From assembly GCA_902773085.1 (NCBI GenBank), contig CACYDF010000089.1:1-54459 (forward strand): a DNA stretch of 54,459 nt. Reading direction: 5' to 3'. The stretch comes from an uncultured Erysipelotrichaceae bacterium. Lineage in GTDB: Bacteria > Bacillota_I > Bacilli_A > RFN20 > CAG-288. Shown piece after piece: positions 1-7,102 of this stretch. The notes beneath the pieces were generated by a model. The model worked only from the letters and a program-made list of their open reading frames with translations. It had not been told where the DNA came from and searched no databases. The position numbers and the translations under genes are program-made. The stretch's first letter is position 1, and each line of letters starts with the position of its first letter.

Positions 1-1
1 A

Positions 2-334
2 CTATTCAATGATTTAGAACACCTTATTTTTATAAACTGTAAATATAACGATTTAAATAGTAGTATCGGCAAACTTATCCACGATATAAAAAGCAGTATA
101 TATGATAAAAAATGTTATAATATTTTTATAGAAAATGAAGAAAAAGGAGATTCTAAAATGGGTGAACAATGTAATATGATTCGACAAGAAGGTATTAAAA
201 TTGGTAGAGAAAGAACTGTTTCTTCTCTTATTATTGCAATGCTCAAAGAAAATTTATCAATTGACTTGATTTCAAAAATAACTAAAAAATCAGAAAAGAC
301 AATTCTTAAAATTAAGGAAAAGAATAATTTATAA
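2..334 (+). CDS. 3' end of a gene truncated by the window edge; tail resembles Rpn/YhgA-like PD-(D/E)XK nuclease (transposase_31-type) proteins
   Basis: Frame 2 is open from the window edge to TAA 332-334 (...GEQCNMIRQEGIKIGRERTVSSLIIAMLKENLSIDLISKITKKSEKTILKIKEKNNL*). It is absent from the ORF track because the start lies outside the window. The family call rests only on the remembered C-terminal pattern of that family. Confidence 0.4.
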   Translation, partial: LFNDLEHLIFINCKYNDLNSSIGKLIHDIKSSIYDKKCYNIFIENEEKGDSKMGEQCNMIRQEGIKIGRERTVSSLIIAMLKENLSIDLISKITKKSEKTILKIKEKNNL

Positions 335-372
335 ATTAAAAAAGGGATGACTTAGTCATCCCTTCTTTTTTT
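335..372. terminator. Bidirectional intrinsic terminator between convergent genes
   Basis: A-run 335-343, stem GGGATGAC (344-351) / GTCATCCC (355-362), then T-rich run 363-372. Lies between the stop of the + strand fragment and the stop of rubrerythrin. Confidence 0.6.
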
Positions 373-387
373 GTATAAGAATTTAAA

Positions 388-951
388 CTACTTCTTCTTT
401 GGTGACCAATTGTATGTTACAACATATGGAACAAAAGAAGATTCATGTTTACAAATTGGGCATACCTTTGGTGCTTTTAATCCAACGTGTACATGACCGC
501 AAACATCGCATTTCCAAACAGAAATATTACTTTGTGGCATTGTAACTTCATTAGCATTTAAATCTTCTAATAACTTTTTATATCTTGCTTCATGTCTTGC
601 TTCAACTGCAGCAATTAAATCCATCTTTTCTGCAATTTCTGTAAAACCTTCTGCTCTTGCAACTTTTGCCATTTCTGGATACATTACATTTGTTTCGTAA
701 TTTTCTCCACTTGCAGCATCAATTAAATTATCTTTAGTTGTTGGGATGCCACCATCATGTAAATACTTAAACCATACTTCTGCATGTTCTAATTCATTTT
801 TGCTAGTTTCTTCAAATAAAGCTGCAAATGAATGCCATCCTTCTTTCTTTGCCTTACTTGCATAATATTTATATTTTGCATGGGCTTGTGATTCACCAGC
901 AAATGCTTTCTTTAAATTGGCTTCTGTTTTCGATCCTTTTAATTCTTTCAT
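388..951 (-). CDS. rbr: Rubrerythrin (diiron four-helix bundle plus C-terminal rubredoxin-like domain)
   Basis: ExxH diiron motifs (ELEHAEVW, EARHEARY) and C-terminal CDVCGH...CPICKH Cys pairs. GGAGG SD lies upstream on the minus strand. Confidence 0.93.
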   Translation of the reverse strand: MKELKGSKTEANLKKAFAGESQAHAKYKYYASKAKKEGWHSFAALFEETSKNELEHAEVWFKYLHDGGIPTTKDNLIDAASGENYETNVMYPEMAKVARAEGFTEIAEKMDLIAAVEARHEARYKKLLEDLNANEVTMPQSNISVWKCDVCGHVHVGLKAPKVCPICKHESSFVPYVVTYNWSPKKK

Positions 952-985
952 TTTTTGCCTCCGTAATAAATAACTACTTAATAAT

Positions 986-1008
986 TATAAACTATATTTT
1001 AGTTTATA
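986..1008. promoter_or_regulatory. 9-5-9 perfect inverted repeat in the rbr / trk divergent promoter region (candidate operator)
   Basis: TATAAACTA (986-994) N5 TAGTTTATA (1000-1008). On the minus strand it sits between a TAGACT -35-like and a TATAAT -10-like hexamer, about 35-57 nt upstream of the rbr start. Confidence 0.35.
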
Positions 1009-1077
1009 GTCTATTGTTTTTTACTTGTTTTTATAAAACTTATATATTATTATATCTTTGTTTTATTTTCTGCACGT

Positions 1078-1506
1078 ATGAAAAGAAATAACGAAAAAAA
1101 GTTAACTATCGTAATTGGATCATCTCGTCTTGGTGCCAATATTGCTAGTTATAACTCTCAAAATGGAGTATATACTGTTATTATTGATAAAAACCCTTTA
1201 GCTTTTAGAAAACTAGATTCTAGTTTTTCAGGTTATCAAATTGAAGGTGATGCTGAAAATTTAGATATTCTCAATGCTGCAAATATAAAGGAAGCAACAG
1301 AAGTAGACGTGTTAACTAATTCTGATAATACTAATATCTTTATTGCTAATGTTGTTTTAAAGTATTATAAAGTTCCTTTAGTTCTTGTTAGATTAATGGA
1401 TACTACTAAATCAGTCTTCTTAGATGATCCAAGAATTAGAATTATTTCTCCTGCAATCTTATCATTTAGATCATATAAAGAAATTATTACAGAGAAGGAA
1501 TTATAA
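1078..1506 (+). CDS. RCK/TrkA-N domain protein (N-domain only; K+ transporter regulatory subunit)
   Basis: Rossmann-like LTIVIGSSRLGANIA...VIIDKN pattern with a degenerate glycine motif (GSSRLG). First gene of an operon with a TrkA-N+C gene and a TrkH-family gene. Confidence 0.7.
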   Translation: MKRNNEKKLTIVIGSSRLGANIASYNSQNGVYTVIIDKNPLAFRKLDSSFSGYQIEGDAENLDILNAANIKEATEVDVLTNSDNTNIFIANVVLKYYKVPLVLVRLMDTTKSVFLDDPRIRIISPAILSFRSYKEIITEKEL

Positions 1507-1508
1507 AT

Positions 1509-2177
1509 ATGAAAATTATTATTTGTGGTAATTATTCTCAAGTTTCTTTTGTCATCCGTTCTTTTACTGCTGAAGAAAGCAATAAAATCATTGTTATTTG
1601 CGATTCTGAAAAAGATGCTGCTGCTTTATCAAAAATTGATAATATTACTGTTTTTAATTCTGACCCTACTAAGATTTATTCTTATGAAATTTCTGATGTA
1701 TATGATTTTGATTTAATTGTTTCTCTTCTTGATAATGATGCTAATAATTTTATAGCTTGTACAATAGCTAAGAAACTATTTAATGTTAAGAAATCTATCT
1801 GCACTGTCAATAATCCTAACAATGTTAATATCTTTAGAGACTTAGGTATTGATTCCCCTATTAGTGCACCTTATCTTCTTTCTGAAAAAATAAAAGGTGA
1901 ATCTGATATTAATTCCCTTATTAAAACAATGTCTCTTGAAAATAGTCGAATTGTTATTACAGAAATAAGAGTTAAAAAAGATTTTTTCTGTGCTAATAAA
2001 CAACTAAAAAATATTTCTTTACCAAACACAGGAAATATTACTTGTATCTTTAGAGATCCTAGTGTTTTAATTCCTAGAGGTGACACTAGTATTATTCCTG
2101 GTGATTTATTAATTATCGCCAGTGCTCCAAATGATCAAAAAGATTTAGTTCAATATATTAGAAAAGGGCGAAAATGA
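1509..2177 (+). CDS. RCK protein with TrkA-N and TrkA-C domains (KtrA/TrkA-like)
   Basis: 222 aa, the typical KtrA size. C-terminal ...ITEIRVKKDFFCANKQLKNISLP...IPRGDTSIIPGDLLIIASAP is TrkA-C-like. SD GAAGGAA upstream; ATGA overlap with the next gene. Confidence 0.75.
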   Translation: MKIIICGNYSQVSFVIRSFTAEESNKIIVICDSEKDAAALSKIDNITVFNSDPTKIYSYEISDVYDFDLIVSLLDNDANNFIACTIAKKLFNVKKSICTVNNPNNVNIFRDLGIDSPISAPYLLSEKIKGESDINSLIKTMSLENSRIVITEIRVKKDFFCANKQLKNISLPNTGNITCIFRDPSVLIPRGDTSIIPGDLLIIASAPNDQKDLVQYIRKGRK

Positions 2178-3877
2178 ACACTATAAAAGAAAACAAACCG
2201 ATTTCTGGTGCAAGATTACTTCTTGGCTATTTAGGTCTTTTTTTAATATTTATTGGAATAATAAATTTTCTGCCTTTATTTGTAATTCCTTTTTATCCAG
2301 ACACTTTTTATGCCTGGTGGTTTTTCTATGTTCCTTCTTTTTTAAGTGTAACTATTGGTGGAATATTTTATATTCCTATAAGAAATAAATCTTTCGGAAC
2401 TTTATCTTTACTTAATACGATTGCCCTTACTCTTCTTGTTTGGATTGTTGCTATTTTTATTTCATCCCTTCCTTATTTTATTTGGGGTCATGTTGGTGGT
2501 CCTAATAATCCTGTTTTTGTTGTTGAAGAAGGTATTACAAAAGTATATGGAGAATATCTGCCCGGAGATAGTAATCATATTTATCATTCTTTGAGTAACT
2601 GTATTTTTGAAGCTGTTTCTGGTTTCTCTTCTACTGGATTAACTCTCTTTCCAACTTGTGAATATCCTGCTGGAACATATCTATACAATGCCAATATGTT
2701 TAGATATACAAGTGGTAGTTATTCTGAGTTTTTACCTAATTGTCAAATCTTCTTTTTCCATAGAGCTATCATGACTTTTACTGGTGGCGTAGGTTTAGTG
2801 TTAATTCTTACATCTGCAATAAATAAACGTTCTTCTTTCCAGTTATATTTACTTGAAGGTCACAATGATAAACTTTTACCTAACTTATTAAAGTCTGCTC
2901 GTAATATTATTTATATTTATGTTTTTATTTTCTTAGTCGGAACTCTCCTTCTTTCTTCTGCTGGCGTTTCTCTTTTTGATGCAATGTGCTATTCAATGGC
3001 AGGAGTTTCTACTGGTGGTTTTGCTACTCATGCCACTTCACTTGGATTCTTTTCTACTGCTTTAGGAAACACAAGAGGAATTATTGTTGAAGCCTTTATG
3101 ATAGTTGTCATGGTATTAGGAATGCTTCCTTTTATCATTCATCATTTCTTCTTTACTAAACAATATAAGAAAATCTTTTTACATTATGAAGTCTTTGTTG
3201 CTGTAGGAATTGTATTATTATTTTTACCTTTATTTATTTATGGAATGTTTGTCCAATATAATTCAGTTGATCAAGCTTTTAGAAAAGGAATATTCGAATT
3301 TTCTTCTTTCTTTTCTACTTCTGGTTTTTCTATTTATTCTCCTGGATATTCTTTCACTAATATTAATTCTTTCTTATTCTTAGGTATGATGGTTGTTACA
3401 ACTATTGGTGGCTTTACTGGTTCAACTGCTGGTGGAATTAAGCTATATAGAATTGGTGATGCTTTTGTTTCTTTAAGAGAAACTTTTTCTTCTTCTGCAT
3501 CTCTTCCTGAAGAAGTTAAAGTTACTAAGATTTATAAATTTGGTGAAAAACGAATTGTTACTAAAGACGAATTAAAGAAAAGTTCTGATTTTATTTTCTT
3601 ATATCTTCTTTGTGAATTTGTTGCAGTAGTTGTTTTAATGTTAAACAACTACAGTGTTCAAGATTCTATTTTTGAAATATCTTCTGCTTTTAGTAGTTTA
3701 GGTCAAACGACTGGCCTTTCTTTATCAGCTGCAACAAAGCATCAATATAGTGCTATATGGGCATTAATTATATCAATGTTTATTGGTAGACTTGAAATTC
3801 AGATTGTATTTAATTTATTTGTTAGACTATTTAAGTACTTTGAAAATAGAAAAAACATCTATAATATTCAAAAATAA
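2174..3877 (+). CDS. TrkH/KtrB-family cation (K+) transporter membrane subunit
   Basis: Polytopic membrane protein with repeated pore-loop glycine motifs (SGFSSTGLT, TGGVGLV, VSTGGFAT, TSGFSIY, GGFTGSTAGGIKLYR, LGQTTGLS) typical of the TrkH family. Confidence 0.85.
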   Translation: MNTIKENKPISGARLLLGYLGLFLIFIGIINFLPLFVIPFYPDTFYAWWFFYVPSFLSVTIGGIFYIPIRNKSFGTLSLLNTIALTLLVWIVAIFISSLPYFIWGHVGGPNNPVFVVEEGITKVYGEYLPGDSNHIYHSLSNCIFEAVSGFSSTGLTLFPTCEYPAGTYLYNANMFRYTSGSYSEFLPNCQIFFFHRAIMTFTGGVGLVLILTSAINKRSSFQLYLLEGHNDKLLPNLLKSARNIIYIYVFIFLVGTLLLSSAGVSLFDAMCYSMAGVSTGGFATHATSLGFFSTALGNTRGIIVEAFMIVVMVLGMLPFIIHHFFFTKQYKKIFLHYEVFVAVGIVLLFLPLFIYGMFVQYNSVDQAFRKGIFEFSSFFSTSGFSIYSPGYSFTNINSFLFLGMMVVTTIGGFTGSTAGGIKLYRIGDAFVSLRETFSSSASLPEEVKVTKIYKFGEKRIVTKDELKKSSDFIFLYLLCEFVAVVVLMLNNYSVQDSIFEISSAFSSLGQTTGLSLSAATKHQYSAIWALIISMFIGRLEIQIVFNLFVRLFKYFENRKNIYNIQK

Positions 3878-3969
3878 ATCTTTCAACAATAAATATTTTT
3901 TTAGCAACTTTTTTGTTAATTCTCCATTTTGATGTTCGTAATTCTTGTTTTTTCTTTAATTCTTTTAAT

Positions 3970-4201
3970 TTATCCACAAGTTATCCACCACAAAAAATAA
4001 ATATTAACAATCCAATTTAAAAGTGAGATTTTTTGGTGGAAAAGTTGCTTTTTTATCGATAATATCGCCGTTTTTGCGTTGTGGATAACTTTTAAAAATG
4101 TTTGTAGTTATCAACTTATCAACAAGAAAGTTATCAACACTGATTTACAATTGTCTATAAATTATAACAATTGTGGAAAACTTTTTTCTTTTTGTGGATA
4201 A
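3970..4201. promoter_or_regulatory. oriC part 1: DnaA-box cluster upstream of dnaA
   Basis: Perfect TTATCCACA at 3970-3978; perfect reverse boxes TGTGGATAA at 4080-4088 and 4193-4201. Near-consensus boxes: TTATCCACC 3981-3989, TTATCAACT 4108-4116, TTATCAACA 4116-4124 and 4131-4139, TGTGGAAAA 4172-4180. Weak box TGGTGGAAA 4034-4042. Confidence 0.8.
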
Positions 4202-4267
4202 CTTTTTTTTGCTTTACAAACCAATAAAAATTTAATATAATTTTTCTTGCCTAAGAAAGGGGTATGT

Positions 4268-5662
4268 ATGCGTGAAAGTGTTATTAATCAACAAGTAGAA
4301 GAAATCTTTTCTCAATTACTTAAAAATCTCAAAGACAAAGTGCCTTCTGCTTTTTTTGATTCCATGTTTGACAACGATTCTTTTTCACTTAAATCTTTAA
4401 GTAATAATAAAGCACTTTTTATTTGTGATAGTGAATCAAATGCTCTAATGTTAAATAAAGCATATAAATCAACTATCTCTGATTATTTAAACAATATTAC
4501 TCAATCAAACTACGAAGTAGAAATAATTGATAACAATACTTATAAAAAAAGAAAAGCTGATTCTTCAGATAGAGAAATTAATTCTTCTTTCTTTAAGAAT
4601 TCTCATCTTTCTCCTTCTCAAACTTTTGATTCTTTTGTTATTGGAGAAAGTAATAAAAATGCATATCAAGCTGCTTTATTTGCAGTTGAAAAACCAGGTA
4701 TTACAAATCCTATTTTTATTCATTCTAAATCAGGTCTTGGAAAAACTCATTTATTAAATGCAATCGGAAATGAAGTAAAAAAGAAAAATCCTAATGCTAG
4801 TGTTCTTTTTATTTCAAGTGATGATTTTATAAGTGAATATGTTAAATACACTTTAGGTGCAAAAGGATCTGATGAACTTAAAAATTTCTTTTCTTCTGTA
4901 GATTATCTTCTTATTGATGATATTCAACTTTTTTCTGGTAAAACAGGCACACAAGATTTCTTTTTTAATGTCTTTAATTTATTAGTTAATAACAATAAAC
5001 AAATAATCATTACTTCTGATAAATCTCCAAGTGAATTAGAAGATTTAGGAGAATCTAATATTCAGGATCGTCTTGTAAGCAGATTTAAAGGGGGTCTTAC
5101 TTTATCTATTCTTTCTCCTAATAAAAATACTCTTGTTGAGATTTTAAAAATGAAAATGAAAAATAATAATTTAGAAAGTGATTTTCTTTCTGATGAAGTT
5201 TGTTTATATTTAGCTAATTCTTTTTCAAAAAATGTAAGAGTACTTGAAGGGGCTTTTATTACTTTATTATTTAACATTACTGCAAATAAGATATCAAAAG
5301 AAAATATTACTTTAGATTATGTTAAAAGTGTATTTGAATCGGAAGAAAAGAATAAATCTAAGAAAGAAAAACTTTCGTTTGAAACTATCTTAGATGTTGT
5401 CTCTTCTTATTATTCTCTTTCAACAAATCAATTAAAAAGTAAAATACGAACTAGTCAAATTGCTCTAGCTAGACAAATAGCTATGTATTTAACTAGAGAA
5501 ATATTAAATATTCCTTATCAAGAAGTTGGAAGATATTTTAATAAAGATCATTCCACTGTATTATCTAATTGTAAAAAGATAGATGAATTAAGAAAAAAAG
5601 ACGAAGTTTTAAATAAAGTTTTAAATAATTTAAAAGAAAAAATTAATAGTCAAAAATTATAG
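4268..5662 (+). CDS. dnaA: Chromosomal replication initiator protein DnaA
   Basis: AAA+ Walker A (SGLGKTHLL) and C-terminal DNA-binding signature (IALARQIAMYLTREILNIPYQEVGRYFNKDHSTVLSNCKKI). Start placed at in-frame ATG 4268 behind SD AAGAAAGGGG (4254-4262), not the TTG 4247 of the ORF track. Confidence 0.96.
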   Translation: MRESVINQQVEEIFSQLLKNLKDKVPSAFFDSMFDNDSFSLKSLSNNKALFICDSESNALMLNKAYKSTISDYLNNITQSNYEVEIIDNNTYKKRKADSSDREINSSFFKNSHLSPSQTFDSFVIGESNKNAYQAALFAVEKPGITNPIFIHSKSGLGKTHLLNAIGNEVKKKNPNASVLFISSDDFISEYVKYTLGAKGSDELKNFFSSVDYLLIDDIQLFSGKTGTQDFFFNVFNLLVNNNKQIIITSDKSPSELEDLGESNIQDRLVSRFKGGLTLSILSPNKNTLVEILKMKMKNNNLESDFLSDEVCLYLANSFSKNVRVLEGAFITLLFNITANKISKENITLDYVKSVFESEEKNKSKKEKLSFETILDVVSSYYSLSTNQLKSKIRTSQIALARQIAMYLTREILNIPYQEVGRYFNKDHSTVLSNCKKIDELRKKDEVLNKVLNNLKEKINSQKL

Positions 5663-5664
5663 CT

Positions 5665-5940
5665 TGTTGATAAGTATATATTTATCAACTTTTATAAACA
5701 AATAAGCAACAAGAAATTGTTGTTTTTTTTCTTCTTTTTTCTCGATATTTTCGGCCTTTTTACACTTATCCACATTATTAACACTTCTTATTATCATCCT
5801 TTATAAATCTTTAAATATATACTAATTAAAAAGAAACACTTCTTTCTTTTTTACTCAGTTTCTTTTCTTTTTAAGTATATTTATATAATAAATATATTTA
5901 AAATCTTAAAAAGAGAATATAATATACTTGTTGTCTGTGG
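5665..5940. promoter_or_regulatory. oriC part 2: DnaA boxes plus AT-rich candidate unwinding region between dnaA and dnaN
   Basis: TGTTGATAA 5665-5673, TTATCAACT 5682-5690, perfect TTATCCACA 5766-5774 directly abutting TTATTAACA 5775-5783. These are followed by an almost pure A/T tract (about 5810-5930) before the dnaN SD. Confidence 0.65.
5707..5730 (+). terminator. Candidate intrinsic terminator after dnaA
   Basis: CAACAA (5707-5712), loop GAAA, TTGTTG (5717-5722), followed by T8 (5723-5730). Weak AT-rich stem. Confidence 0.45.
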
Positions 5941-5949
5941 AGGCATAAT

Positions 5950-7101
5950 ATGAAACTTGTTATTAAAAGAAATGAATTACTTTCTATACTTACATCACTA
6001 ATTCAAATTATTCCAACTAAGAGTTCGGAAGTTCTCTTTTTTGATTTTTTAATTAAATGTGAAAATGAAAAATTAACTATAATTGCTAGTGATGGTCTTA
6101 TTTCTATGAAAATAGAACAAGGATTAAAAAATGAGAAAGGAGAAGAAGTTATTTTATCAATTGAAGAAGGTCAAATATTAACTCCTGCCAAAATCTTATT
6201 TGATATCATCAATAAATGTGAAGGAGATATTATTTCTTTAACATTAGTAGATTCTAATTATTTACATATTTCAGATGAAAAATCAGAATTTAAAGTTGTT
6301 GTTAAACCTGGAGAAGAATATCCAGATATTAATTTAAGTGTTGAAGATAACAATCAAAAAATTCAAGTTAAAATTGAAGATCTTAAAAAGTTATATGAAA
6401 AAACAAATTTTGCAGTAGCTACAAAAGGACCACGAGAATTATTTTACGGAATAAATATAAATTATTCTAATGACAGAGTTTCTTTTCTTTCAACAGATAC
6501 ATATAGAATGGCAAAATACACAGTTCATGGAATAGGAGAAAAAGACATTAATTTTACTTGTCCAATAAAAGCTTTAACCTTAATTAAAGATATTGAAGAA
6601 AAAGGTGAATGCACAATTTATAAAGATAATAAGTCTGCTCTTTTTGTTACAAAGAAAGGAATTCTTGCAACTAGATTATTAATAGGAGATTTCCCAGGAG
6701 TTGAGGGAATCATTCCTGAAGAAACTCCATATGTTGTAAAAATTAAGAGCGAAGAATTTATTAAGATTGCAGAAAGAATGAGTATTCTTTCAGATTTTGA
6801 AAAAAAGAATGCACAAATTAAATTAACTATCGACGAAGAAAGAAAAGTAACATTATCTGCAAATTCAATCGACTATGGTAATTCTAATGAAACAGTAAAA
6901 GATGCCAAAGTTGAAATACCACAAAACGAAAAAATATTTGAAATAGGATTTAATATTGATTTTGTTCTTCCTGCAGTTAAAGCACAAGAAAGCGAATCTG
7001 TTTCTCTTTGCTTTAGTTCACCAACAAAAGTATTCATAGTAAAAAGTGAAGATAAAAATAATATTCAAATCATTACTCCTGTAAGATTAAATAATTATTA
7101 A
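5950..7101 (+). CDS. dnaN: DNA polymerase III beta sliding clamp
   Basis: 383 aa, immediately after dnaA. STDTYRMA motif (cf. ATDGHRLA) and overall three-domain clamp length. GGAGG SD upstream. Confidence 0.93.
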   Translation: MKLVIKRNELLSILTSLIQIIPTKSSEVLFFDFLIKCENEKLTIIASDGLISMKIEQGLKNEKGEEVILSIEEGQILTPAKILFDIINKCEGDIISLTLVDSNYLHISDEKSEFKVVVKPGEEYPDINLSVEDNNQKIQVKIEDLKKLYEKTNFAVATKGPRELFYGININYSNDRVSFLSTDTYRMAKYTVHGIGEKDINFTCPIKALTLIKDIEEKGECTIYKDNKSALFVTKKGILATRLLIGDFPGVEGIIPEETPYVVKIKSEEFIKIAERMSILSDFEKKNAQIKLTIDEERKVTLSANSIDYGNSNETVKDAKVEIPQNEKIFEIGFNIDFVLPAVKAQESESVSLCFSSPTKVFIVKSEDKNNIQIITPVRLNNY

Positions 7102-7102
7102 A

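Noticed and set aside
952-1077. c-di-AMP (ydaO-type) riboswitch upstream of the K+ uptake operon
   Set aside because: The gap is only about 126 nt, nearly pure A/T, and lacks the GC-containing conserved cores of that riboswitch as I remember them. It is better explained as a divergent promoter region.
4247-4267. N-terminal extensions in the ORF track: dnaA from TTG 4247, luxC-like from 20575, ABC fusion from 41167.
   Set aside because: Each has an in-frame ATG with a proper SD at the position where homology begins (4268, 20608, 41323). The extensions overlap upstream genes or promoters; 41167-41197 overlaps the polC start.
5784-5830. DnaA-trio element next to the perfect DnaA box at 5766-5774 (CTTCTTATTATCATCC...)
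   Set aside because: The trinucleotide periodicity (ATT ATC ATC) is suggestive. I am not certain of the strand or polarity convention of the published trio motif, and the match appears to be in the wrong orientation. Left as something for an origin-prediction tool to test.
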